64,000 nucleotides of DNA, from assembly GCA_041665325.1 (NCBI GenBank), contig JBAYJB010000001.1, forward strand, positions 162,817 to 226,816, given 5' to 3'. The stretch's first letter is position 1. Each line of letters opens with the position of its first letter. Both the position numbers and the translations under genes were made by a program. Below are positions 51,350 to 60,287 of this stretch, piece after piece. The notes below the pieces were generated by a model, which was given only the letters and a program-made list of their open reading frames with translations, was not told the DNA's origin and made no database searches. The DNA comes from Minisyncoccota bacterium. GTDB lineage: Bacteria; Patescibacteriota; Minisyncoccia; Phycocordibacterales; PALSA-1337.

Positions 51350-53866
51350 CTATTCAGGCCATCTTTCGACCATGAGGAGCTTCTTAGCCGGGATCGGCAT
51401 ATCAGCCCAGATCTCTTCCGTCACATAAGGCATGAATGGGTGGAGCGCCCGCAAGATCGTCTCGAAGCCACGCAGGAGGAATTGGACGCGAGACAACCGG
51501 GCCCGAGCGTCCTCCCCCGCCAGGATCGGCTTGCTCTCCTCGATGATCCTATCGGCAAATTCGTGCCAGGCGTAGTGGTAGAGCTTCTCGCCGACGAGAT
51601 AAAGCTTGTATTCGTCCATCTCCCTGGTCAACTCCGATGTCAGGATAGCGAGATCTTTGATGTGCGCGACATCGGCAGGTGACCAATCCTCGAATTTCGG
51701 ATCGTATGCGATGCTAGCTACTGGAACCTTGTCTTTGCCGCGATCGCCTCCGGCAGATGACAGCACGAAGCGCGCGACATTCCAGAGCTTGTTGGTGAAG
51801 AGCTTGTAAGCCTTGATCTTCTGCTCGTCTATCTTACTGTCATTGCCGGGGCCGACAGCCACGATGAGGGACATGCGCACGGCATCGGCACCATACTTGG
51901 CGATCATATCGAGCGGATCGAGATTGTTGCCGAGCGACTTGCTGATCTTGCGACCTTTGGCATCGCGGACCAGGCCGTGGATATAGACGGTCTTGAATGG
52001 CACTTCGCCCAAAAGATAAGTGCTCATGAGGATCATGCGCGCCACCCAGAAGAAGAGGATGTCGGCACCGGTCTCGAGGATCGTAGTCGGATGATACTGG
52101 CGGTTCCTCTTGAATTCTTTCTCATCCGGCCAGCCGAGCGTTGAAAAAGTCCAGAGGCCGGAAGAGAACCAGGTGTCGAGCGTGTCCTCGTCTTGGATCC
52201 AACCAAAACCTTTATCTTCAGGGGGTGTTATCCCAACATAGATTTCCGCAGGACGAAGATTACGTTGAATTCGATTTTTTTGAATCCAATCTTCATCAAC
52301 ATAACCTCTTTGCTTCAAAATATTAATATATTGTCTTGTCAGTTGCATCTCATCTTCCTTGTTCGTTAGCCAAGAAACTTTTTCGTTGTCATTAAGGAGA
52401 AAATCTGTCGAAAAATTATCAAACTCTCTGCGATTCATTAGATTTAATTTTTTGTACAAAATATCCTCCTTAAAATGAATGGCTTCCATATCACTACCAA
52501 CTTCTGTCTTATACCACACCGGGATGCGGTGCCCATACCAGATCTGGCGCGAAATGCACCAATCGCGGAGATTTTCGATCCAGTGGACATAGACCTTCTC
52601 GAAGCGGTCAGGGATAATCTTGACGCCGACTGGAGAAGAGACTGCTTCTTTCATCAACTCCTTCAAAGTGACCATTTTCCGGTCACTTGGCGGAAGTGAC
52701 GCACCCTCCGTAGCCGCGCGGCGCTCAAAAGGTTTATTCACCGCCACGAACCATTGGAGTTTGGGCAATGGTTCGACGATGCCACCCGTACGCTGGGCAA
52801 GACTGATATTATGTTCGATATCTTCTGACTTCTCCAAGAGACCTTCCTGCTTGAGCCATGCGACAACTGCTTCGCGGGCCTCTACTGTCTTCTTGTCTTT
52901 GACTCCCTCCATGCCGGTCGTCATTTTGGCATATTCATTGATAACTTGTTTGAGCGGAAGGCTGTGCCGTTGAGCCATCTCCCAATCAGCGATGCTGTGA
53001 GCCGGGGTCACTCCGAGCGCGCCCGTACCGAATGCCGGGTCTACCGATTGATCAGCGACCACCTTGAGCGCAATCGGCTCACCGGCAAAAACAGCCTTGA
53101 ATTCCTGGCCGATGAACTGCTTGTACCTCTCATCATCCGGATGCACGGCGATGGCGGTGTCGCCGAGCTTCGTTTCCGGCCGAGTCGTGGAGATAGAGAT
53201 CGGAATGTCTTTGGAATACTTGAATGTGTATAGAGTGGTCTTCCGAGCCTCATACTCGATCTCATCATCAGATATAGTCGTCTGTCCCTTGGGGTCCCAA
53301 TTGACCACACGATAACCGCGGTAGATCAGTCCGTCGTCATACATCTTCTTGAAAGCCGTGCGTACAGCAAGGTTTCTCTCTTCATCGAGAGTGAAAGCTT
53401 CGCGCGACCAATCGAGCGAGGCGCCAAGCTTGCGAATCTGGGTGATGATTGCGTCATGAGTGGTCACGACATGCGCATCGATGCGACGGAGTAATTCTTC
53501 ACGGCCGAGGTCGTGGCGCGACTTACCATCCTTCTTCTGGATATCCTTCTCCACCACGGCCTGGGTGGCGATAGCGGCATGATCGGTGCCGGGGATCCAG
53601 AGCGTGCGTTTCCCCTTCATGCGGGCATAACGGACCATGATATCCTCGATGGCGAGCATCAAAGCCGAGCCCATATGCAGGACGCCAGTCACGTTGGGCG
53701 GAGGTAAGACCATCGAGAAGGACTCGCCCTTCTGATGACGCTCCGGCAACTTATCAGGATCGAAGAATCCGCTCTCCTCCCAGAGCTTGTATATACGGTC
53801 TTCTGTCGCCGTCGGATCGAATGGCTTCAGGAATTTCGCGGGGACATGGGCAGGCTTATCATTCAT
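51350..53866 (-). CDS. valS: Valyl-tRNA synthetase (with an approximately 65-75-aa AT-rich insertion)
   Basis: PPNVTGVLHMGSAL (HIGH), WCISRQIWYGHRIPVWY, DTLDTWFSSGLWTFSTLGWP, KISKSLGN (KMSKS). The insertion between WYKTEVG and FGWIQDEDTLDTWF is encoded by the AT-rich stretch at about 52250-52480. Confidence 0.9.
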   Translation of the reverse strand: MNDKPAHVPAKFLKPFDPTATEDRIYKLWEESGFFDPDKLPERHQKGESFSMVLPPPNVTGVLHMGSALMLAIEDIMVRYARMKGKRTLWIPGTDHAAIATQAVVEKDIQKKDGKSRHDLGREELLRRIDAHVVTTHDAIITQIRKLGASLDWSREAFTLDEERNLAVRTAFKKMYDDGLIYRGYRVVNWDPKGQTTISDDEIEYEARKTTLYTFKYSKDIPISISTTRPETKLGDTAIAVHPDDERYKQFIGQEFKAVFAGEPIALKVVADQSVDPAFGTGALGVTPAHSIADWEMAQRHSLPLKQVINEYAKMTTGMEGVKDKKTVEAREAVVAWLKQEGLLEKSEDIEHNISLAQRTGGIVEPLPKLQWFVAVNKPFERRAATEGASLPPSDRKMVTLKELMKEAVSSPVGVKIIPDRFEKVYVHWIENLRDWCISRQIWYGHRIPVWYKTEVGSDMEAIHFKEDILYKKLNLMNRREFDNFSTDFLLNDNEKVSWLTNKEDEMQLTRQYINILKQRGYVDEDWIQKNRIQRNLRPAEIYVGITPPEDKGFGWIQDEDTLDTWFSSGLWTFSTLGWPDEKEFKRNRQYHPTTILETGADILFFWVARMILMSTYLLGEVPFKTVYIHGLVRDAKGRKISKSLGNNLDPLDMIAKYGADAVRMSLIVAVGPGNDSKIDEQKIKAYKLFTNKLWNVARFVLSSAGGDRGKDKVPVASIAYDPKFEDWSPADVAHIKDLAILTSELTREMDEYKLYLVGEKLYHYAWHEFADRIIEESKPILAGEDARARLSRVQFLLRGFETILRALHPFMPYVTEEIWADMPIPAKKLLMVERWPE

Positions 53867-53938
53867 GCTGAAAATAGTAACAGAAAAAGCGGTTCTTTGG
53901 TAATCAAAGGACCGCTCGTTCTCGAACGCTCGCCGGAT

Positions 53939-54331
53939 TTACATGCAGGGACTGTAATACGAGCAATTGCGGTTGGAACCGTAGCCGTAGCCGCCAGCCG
54001 GGAAATATCGGACCGTCGGCACATAATAGTTGTAGAAATATCCGTTCGGATAGACGACCTGGACTGTCGGGATGGTGCGAGGCGACGGAGCTGGCGGATA
54101 ATTATTGTAGCCGCCATAGTTGTAGCCGCCTCCATAACCGCCATAGTTGTAGCCGCCATTCCTGTAGTTTCCGCCATAGGAATAGCCGCCGTTGTAACCG
54201 CCGTTGTTATTGTTGCCATAGCCACCGCTCCACTGGGCTGAAGCATGACCCGGTGCAAGGGCGAGAATGAATGCAAATACAGCCAGAGCGATGCCGGCTG
54301 AAATAACGTTGTTTTTTAAGGTTTTCTTCAT
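53939..54331 (-). CDS. Secreted Gly/Tyr/Asn-rich low-complexity protein
   Basis: Signal peptide MKKTLKNNVISAGIALAVFAFILALAPGHASA, then GGYGNNNNGGYNGGYSYGGNYRNGGYNYGGYGGGYNYGGYNNY repeats. Confidence 0.5.
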   Translation of the reverse strand: MKKTLKNNVISAGIALAVFAFILALAPGHASAQWSGGYGNNNNGGYNGGYSYGGNYRNGGYNYGGYGGGYNYGGYNNYPPAPSPRTIPTVQVVYPNGYFYNYYVPTVRYFPAGGYGYGSNRNCSYYSPCM

Positions 54332-54423
54332 GTGGATATGATATAAATGTTAAGCGACCGATCGGCAGTGTTATCTACCGACACTACAATAATTAAACTG
54401 ATTAGTCAAGCTTAAATCATCTT

Positions 54424-55638
54424 ATGATCATCCTCGGCATCGAAACTTCCTGTGACGAGACTGCCCTCGCCCTCATCGAAACGCAAGGCGAAGGCTCCGC
54501 GCGCGAGTACCGCGTGATCGCGTCGCTCATCCTTTCGCAGGCGGAATTGCACAGCGCATACGGCGGTGTCTATCCGACGCTAGCCAAGAGAGAGCACGGC
54601 AAAAATATCGTGCCGCTTTTGCATAGATTGTTCGAACAAGCCGGACTACCACGCCGCTCTCCGTCAGTCGGACAGGATTCGCCGGCACAAGGACTATCGG
54701 AGACGCTTGACTCTTTCCGCACCGAAGTCGGATCACAAAATCCTGAACTGTTCGAATCATTCGCCCAGGCGGAGTTCTTGGAGCAAGCCCCGGCAATCGA
54801 TCTCATCGCTGTGACCGAGGGACCGGGACTGGAACCGGCCCTCTGGGTCGGGATCAACTGCGCCCGGATGCTCGCGGCTCTGTGGGGTACGCCACTTCTG
54901 CCGGTCAACCACATGGAGGGGCATATCATCGGTTCCCTGCTCCCGTCCGACCTCGTGGACGGAGCTTGGCAGAAGCTCTACGAGTTGCCTTTGCCTGCCG
55001 TCGCCCTCCTCGCAAGCGGCGGCCATACCGAATTGGTCAGGATAGATTCACTCGCTCACTATGAGATCGTTGGCGAGACCCGGGACGATGCCGTCGGCGA
55101 GGCTTTCGACAAGGCCGCACGCCTCCTCGGCCTCCCCTATCCCGGCGGACCGCGCTTGGCGGAGCTGTCGGCACAAGCCGCCACCGCAGGGATCATCTCG
55201 CCGGTCAAACTCCCCCGGCCGATGCTCGGGAGCGATGATCTAGACTTTTCCTTTTCAGGCCTAAAGACGGCCGTGCTGTATGCCGTGAGAGACGCCGACA
55301 AAACTCCCGATGGCCAATTACCCGATGATTTCAAAAAAGGCCTGGCTCGCGAATTCGAGCAGGCGGTCGTGGAGACGCTGGACACCAAGCTCCGCTCGGC
55401 CATCGAAAAGATCGGTGCACGATCGATCGTGATCGGCGGCGGTGTAAGCGCGAACTTAGCACTAAGAGAGAGATTCGGAGAGACCGCGCGCGAACATGGC
55501 ATCCCGATATTCCTACCGTCGCGACATATCGCCGGTGACAACGCCTTGATGATCGCGCTCTCCGGCGCCATCGGGTTCACCACCCCTCGAACAGAAAAGC
55601 TCCGCGCCCAGGGTACCAAAAGACTTGGCGAAGAGTGA
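54424..55638 (+). CDS. tsaD: tRNA N6-adenosine threonylcarbamoyltransferase TsaD, with an internal insertion of about 50 aa
   Basis: IILGIETSCDETALAL, VAVTEGPGLEPALWVGIN, VNHMEGHI (His pair), GGGVSAN. 404 aa against about 340 typical. Confidence 0.85.
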   Translation: MIILGIETSCDETALALIETQGEGSAREYRVIASLILSQAELHSAYGGVYPTLAKREHGKNIVPLLHRLFEQAGLPRRSPSVGQDSPAQGLSETLDSFRTEVGSQNPELFESFAQAEFLEQAPAIDLIAVTEGPGLEPALWVGINCARMLAALWGTPLLPVNHMEGHIIGSLLPSDLVDGAWQKLYELPLPAVALLASGGHTELVRIDSLAHYEIVGETRDDAVGEAFDKAARLLGLPYPGGPRLAELSAQAATAGIISPVKLPRPMLGSDDLDFSFSGLKTAVLYAVRDADKTPDGQLPDDFKKGLAREFEQAVVETLDTKLRSAIEKIGARSIVIGGGVSANLALRERFGETAREHGIPIFLPSRHIAGDNALMIALSGAIGFTTPRTEKLRAQGTKRLGEE

Positions 55639-55654
55639 TCCAGGACCCGCGCAG

Positions 55655-55921
55655 CTACTTGCGGATGATAACCTTGAGAAAAGAAATAGCGGCGAACAGC
55701 ACCACCGTGATGAAGAGCGCGAGGTACCCCCAGACACCCAACCCCCGGCCCATCCCAAAGAGCGCGTCATAGACAAAACCCATGATCACCAGCTCGACAT
55801 AGAACGGGAAGGACCAAGCCGAGAGGAGCGCAATCGGCAGAGCGACATACCAATAGCCGAACAGCGTCAAGATCAGGAGGAAGATATCGAGCAAGACCCT
55901 CAATGTCGGATTCTCATTCAT
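55655..55921 (-). CDS. Small hypothetical membrane protein
   Basis: 88 aa with 3 TM helices. Directly upstream of mreC on the same strand. Confidence 0.4.
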   Translation of the reverse strand: MNENPTLRVLLDIFLLILTLFGYWYVALPIALLSAWSFPFYVELVIMGFVYDALFGMGRGLGVWGYLALFITVVLFAAISFLKVIIRK

Positions 55922-55922
55922 G

Positions 55923-56729
55923 TCACTTCTTGAGCTTGGCGGCCGGTCGCGCGTCGACCATGACCCAACGCAAGCTGTAGATATTCACCTGCGGCGTGAA
56001 GATGATCGTGTCGAAAGGATCGGCCGGATCCGTAGCCAGAGAGACGATCACACCGAGCGGTCCATTGCTCAAGGAAGGATCATTGACCGCATCCCCGACG
56101 AGGAGCGCTGTGCCGTGCGGCACATCTGCCCGGTATTGTCCCCCGCCCTGACCTACCGCCGTAGCTGGGACATGGTTCGCGCCGATCAGGACGTTATACC
56201 TCTCTCCCGGCGAGGAATATAGAGCTATTTTCGAGGTTTGGCTTAGGACCTCGACGGCGCGACCGATGAGGATATTGCCAGGCGCGTAGACACGGGTGGT
56301 AGTCGAGATCCCGTCATCGGCGCCGAGGTCGATGATGAGCTCGTCATAAGGCATGAATGGCGGGCGGGCCAAAACAGCCGCCAACTTAAACGGTGTGGTC
56401 GAGGCGCGATAGAACATCGCCTTGAGCTCTTGGTTCTCGACGAGGATCGCGCCGATGGTCGAACTAGCAATATTCTGCTTGAGACTGTCCAGCTGGAATT
56501 TGAGCTCCTCGTTATCCTTGAGCAGTTCCGCGGGCGACCTCAAGGCGCCGCTTTGAATGGAAAAAGACATCCGCCAGAAGGGCCGCGCGACCGCAGTCAT
56601 GAGACTCGGGAAGGTGTGAGGCGCTCGCCAACTGATGAACAGTACGATGAGCACGACGATGATAGAAATCGTCCAGAACACTCTCGACCGACGCCTGGCC
56701 GGTGAGCTATGAGGAAGAAGGTAAGTCAT
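55923..56729 (-). CDS. mreC: Rod shape-determining protein MreC
   Basis: N-terminal TM, coiled coil (LLKDNEELKFQLDSLKQ), and C-terminal beta domains. Immediately downstream of mreB. Confidence 0.7.
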   Translation of the reverse strand: MTYLLPHSSPARRRSRVFWTISIIVVLIVLFISWRAPHTFPSLMTAVARPFWRMSFSIQSGALRSPAELLKDNEELKFQLDSLKQNIASSTIGAILVENQELKAMFYRASTTPFKLAAVLARPPFMPYDELIIDLGADDGISTTTRVYAPGNILIGRAVEVLSQTSKIALYSSPGERYNVLIGANHVPATAVGQGGGQYRADVPHGTALLVGDAVNDPSLSNGPLGVIVSLATDPADPFDTIIFTPQVNIYSLRWVMVDARPAAKLKK

Positions 56730-57774
56730 CTTCGCTTTCGATGAGGATCGACCGGTAGCGTTCGAGGTCTTCGAGGATGATGCCGGCCCCGCGGGCGATG
56801 GCGGTCAGCGGATCTTCGGCGATCGAGACGGGCAGTTTGAGCGTTTCGGCCAAGAGGATATGAAGGCCTTTGATGAGTGCACCGCCACCGACCAGATATA
56901 TGCCGCGGCGCATGATATCGGAAAGGATCTCGGGAGGTGTGGTCTCGAGGACTTCCTTGGTGGCTTCGACCAAAGTGTCGATCGACTGCCCCATGGCCTC
57001 GCGGATGTCAGAGTCGGTGATCACTACTTCACGCGGCAAGCCGGTGATGAGGTCACGGCCGCGGATAGTGGTCTCGAGAGATTCGTCCAAGACGACAGAG
57101 CCGACGCTCATCTTGACCTGTTCGGCCGTGGTCTCGCCGATCAAGATCTTGAATTCGTTGCGGATATAGGAAATGATGTCGTTGTTGAAGCGGTCGCCGG
57201 CGATCTTGAGATTCTTGGAACGGACGATGCCACCGAGCGAGATCACGGCGATGTCGGTCGTACCGCCGCCGATGTCGATGATCATAGAACCGACCGGATC
57301 GTGGACCGGCAGGCGGATGCCGATCGCCCCAGCCATCGGCTGTTCTACTATATAGACCTCGCGGGCGCCGGCGTTCTTGGTGGCGTCGCGGACGGCGCGC
57401 ACCTCGACGTTGGTCACACCCGAAGGTACGCCGACCACTACGCGCGGACCTAGTAGTCTGTGGGGCATGTATTCGCCGGCACGGCGCATGAGGTATGAGA
57501 GCATCTCTTCGGTGACCTCGAAGTCAGAGATCACCCCGTCGACGAGCGGGCGCACGGCCGTGATATGAGCCGGCGTACGGCCGAGCATCTCCTTGGCGGC
57601 GGCACCAACAGCCACGACTTGACCGGTCTTCTCATTCACGGCTACGACCGAAGGCTCGTTGACGACGATGCCCTTGCCGCGCACATATACGAGAGTGTTA
57701 GCGGTACCGAGATCGATGCCGATATCGTTGGAGAAACGACTAAAAAGCCTGTCTTTGTGATCCTTGAAACTCAT
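56707..57774 (-). CDS. mreB: Rod shape-determining protein MreB
   Basis: IGIDLGTANTLVYV, DIGGGTTDIAV, and the actin-fold motifs. 355 aa. Confidence 0.9.
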   Translation of the reverse strand: MSFKDHKDRLFSRFSNDIGIDLGTANTLVYVRGKGIVVNEPSVVAVNEKTGQVVAVGAAAKEMLGRTPAHITAVRPLVDGVISDFEVTEEMLSYLMRRAGEYMPHRLLGPRVVVGVPSGVTNVEVRAVRDATKNAGAREVYIVEQPMAGAIGIRLPVHDPVGSMIIDIGGGTTDIAVISLGGIVRSKNLKIAGDRFNNDIISYIRNEFKILIGETTAEQVKMSVGSVVLDESLETTIRGRDLITGLPREVVITDSDIREAMGQSIDTLVEATKEVLETTPPEILSDIMRRGIYLVGGGALIKGLHILLAETLKLPVSIAEDPLTAIARGAGIILEDLERYRSILIESEDDLPSSS

Positions 57775-57840
57775 TGCTTGGAGCTTACCACAACTAGAAA
57801 TATGCGAGTAATTGACAGATTGTTTTCTCTATGACCATCT

Positions 57841-58470
57841 TTAACTCTTTTTACTAGGCACAAGGATTACTGATTGCCAAAACGCATCAATGAATTTATT
57901 TTTATCTACGTGCTTAGCCTGTATTGGCGGCAATCCTGGATCGTGAAGAATAAAATTGTCTTCATCCTGACCATAAAGAAGAACGAAGTGAGCATTACTG
58001 CCGTCCCTATCATTAAGACTGTCTGCATTAACAAGGGCAATAACGAATATTTTTTCATTCAAAAGCTTTTCAATCTCACTTCTTGAAATCTCCCGGCATT
58101 CAAAAATATTATGAGTCAAAAGATAGGCCGCATCATTACGTTCCCGTGAAAAGTCAGGAGAGGCCATTCTTTTTTGCTGAGCAAACCACCCCGGAGCATT
58201 TTTCCAAAGCTCTATTAAATAATCTTCTCCTTTTTCAGAAAATTCTTTGTAGTCTAGTTTGCTTACCAATCTAACACCTGGAATTCGTTCGTTAATAGCA
58301 ACAGCCCCTGCTGGCATCCATGAATATAAACCTTCTTGAAAATGGGTCATCTTGTTGACTTCATCCCAGCTTGTATCTTTATTATAGACAAAATCAAGGA
58401 CCATCTTCACACACGCCTGTAGGCAGTGATTATCATCTGACCAATTTGATTGAAACTTTAGTTTTTCCAC
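57841..58470 (-). CDS. Papain-fold cysteine peptidase, C39-like domain protein (AT-rich gene)
   Basis: The Q...C...H...D order fits C39-like peptidases: FQSNW...NHCLQACVKMVL (Gln, Cys), NAHFVLLYG (His), ILHDPG (Asp). No signal peptide. Visibly AT-rich. 3-nt gap after proS. Confidence 0.45.
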   Translation of the reverse strand: MEKLKFQSNWSDDNHCLQACVKMVLDFVYNKDTSWDEVNKMTHFQEGLYSWMPAGAVAINERIPGVRLVSKLDYKEFSEKGEDYLIELWKNAPGWFAQQKRMASPDFSRERNDAAYLLTHNIFECREISRSEIEKLLNEKIFVIALVNADSLNDRDGSNAHFVLLYGQDEDNFILHDPGLPPIQAKHVDKNKFIDAFWQSVILVPSKKS

Positions 58471-58472
58471 TT

Positions 58473-59708
58473 TTACAAACTCGCAATCTTCACCATCTCC
58501 ACCTTCCCCATCAGCCGGTCCTTGGCTTCCACCTCATCATTCTTCAGAGTCTTCTCACTCACGACCAGGCGCCTTGGGATGCCGATCAGATCCGCATCTC
58601 CGAATTTCTCGCCGGCGCCGGCGTCGCGGTCATCGTATAGGACTTCCACGCCTTTTTTAACCAATCTTTCGTACAATCCGTCAGCAGCAGCTTTCACAGT
58701 ACCCTTCTCATCAAAAAGCGCGATGAGATGCACCGCGAACGGCGAGACCGCTTCCGGCCAGACCAACCCGCGCTCATCAGCATGCACCTCGACGATCGTG
58801 CCCATGACACGACCGGGACCGATACCATATGAGCCCATGACCACCGGCTTCGACTTCCCTTCAGCGTCCTTATAATTCAACCCGAATGCATCCGAGAAAC
58901 GCGTACCAAGCGAGAAGATGTTTCCAACCTCAACAGCTTTCTTTTCGACGAGGTCGCTCTTATTGATTCCCAAATCTTTCAAGACCTCTTCATTTAAAAC
59001 TTCTCTATTGATAGCGAGTTTCTTGCCTTCGTGTACGAAAATCGTGTCTTCGCCGGCCTCGAGCACAGTCTGGAACTCATGTGAATATTTCGAGAATGAT
59101 CCGCCGCTAGCAAAAGTCACATAAGTCTGTGCGCCCAGACCGAGACGGTCAAAAATCCGAACATATGCCTGCTTGGCGCGCTCGTAGAATTCGCCGTGAG
59201 ATTTTTCATCGACGTTAAACGAATATAGGTCCTTCATGAGGAACTCGCGGCCGCGCAGGATGCCGGACTTGGCGCGCTCTTCATTCCGGAACTTGGTCTG
59301 GAATTGATAGATAGCCGATGGCAGATCGCGGAACGAGCGCACGTGATCCTTCATAAGCTTAGTCAGCGGCTCTTCGTGCGTGAAGCTTAGGCCCACATCG
59401 GCGCCGCCCTTCAACTTAGTCTTGAACCAGTTGTCTACAACCTCGTCGCTCCAGCGGCCGGTCGTCTCCCAGGTCTTCTTGTCCTGCAGCGCCGTGAGGT
59501 GCACTTCCTGCCCGCCGATAGCGTCCATCTCCTCGCGGATAACGCCGATGATCTTGTTCATAACACGCAGGCCGAGCGGCAGGAATGAGTACACGCCAGC
59601 CATCTCCTTGTTGATATATCCGGCGCGGATGAGGAGTTGGGCGTTCTTGGCGACCTCGTCCTTGGGCGCTTCGCGACGAGTCTTGGTGAATAGGTGTGAT
59701 TGGCGCAT
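58473..59708 (-). CDS. proS: Prolyl-tRNA synthetase, minimal bacterial-type without INS editing domain
   Basis: Class II motifs (REFLMKDLYSF, GSYGIGPGR). Aligns to the E. coli ProRS catalytic and anticodon-binding regions with the INS domain absent. 411 aa. Confidence 0.85.
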   Translation of the reverse strand: MRQSHLFTKTRREAPKDEVAKNAQLLIRAGYINKEMAGVYSFLPLGLRVMNKIIGVIREEMDAIGGQEVHLTALQDKKTWETTGRWSDEVVDNWFKTKLKGGADVGLSFTHEEPLTKLMKDHVRSFRDLPSAIYQFQTKFRNEERAKSGILRGREFLMKDLYSFNVDEKSHGEFYERAKQAYVRIFDRLGLGAQTYVTFASGGSFSKYSHEFQTVLEAGEDTIFVHEGKKLAINREVLNEEVLKDLGINKSDLVEKKAVEVGNIFSLGTRFSDAFGLNYKDAEGKSKPVVMGSYGIGPGRVMGTIVEVHADERGLVWPEAVSPFAVHLIALFDEKGTVKAAADGLYERLVKKGVEVLYDDRDAGAGEKFGDADLIGIPRRLVVSEKTLKNDEVEAKDRLMGKVEMVKIASL

Positions 59709-59837
59709 GGGGTTTGTTGGGTAAATAATAGCTCAAAATCGCGGCTTTGTAATGGTCTTGACTGCAATCGTAGAATGTGTGAGAGTATAAATAGTTAGTC
59801 TTTCACCCTCGTACGTCTCAACCCCCCAACTCGTTCT

Positions 59838-60203
59838 ATGAAAACTAGTTCAAGCCCAACATTCTTCCGGGCTATCCTTGCCCTGTTCCTCGTGCTGTTC
59901 TACCCCATCCAATGCTTCCGTTGGGTGCGCCGGTGTTGTGATCTTGGCCGCATCGAAGGTGTCGGATTCTTATCCTTGGGAGTGATCGGCGCCGTGATGA
60001 TCGCCATCATGGCCCTAAGCGCATCCATGCCTTCGACCGCCGACGGTGCTCACGGATTGCGCTACGCAGTATGCGGGCTAGCGCTATTTATCTACATCCT
60101 GATCGGGTACTTTGCGTTCAACCTGATGAATAGCCTCAAGGAAGAAGGCGTGCAACTGTCAGAACAGTCGCCACAGATCGCCGGCCAAGCAAAATCGTTC
60201 TGA
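59838..60203 (+). CDS. Hypothetical membrane protein
   Basis: 121 aa with 3 TM helices. Strong terminator downstream. Confidence 0.45.
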   Translation: MKTSSSPTFFRAILALFLVLFYPIQCFRWVRRCCDLGRIEGVGFLSLGVIGAVMIAIMALSASMPSTADGAHGLRYAVCGLALFIYILIGYFAFNLMNSLKEEGVQLSEQSPQIAGQAKSF

Positions 60204-60239
60204 TCGCCGCAACGTCCAGTCCTGCACATTGCCCATTTC

Positions 60240-60271
60240 GCCCCCACTCACCTGTGGGGGCTTGTTTTTTG
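60240..60271 (+). terminator. Rho-independent terminator (CCCCCAC-tcacct-GTGGGGG + CTTGTTTTTTG)
   Basis: 7-bp perfect stem followed by a T-run. Confidence 0.55.
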
Positions 60272-60287
60272 TATCAACAAGGGAAAA

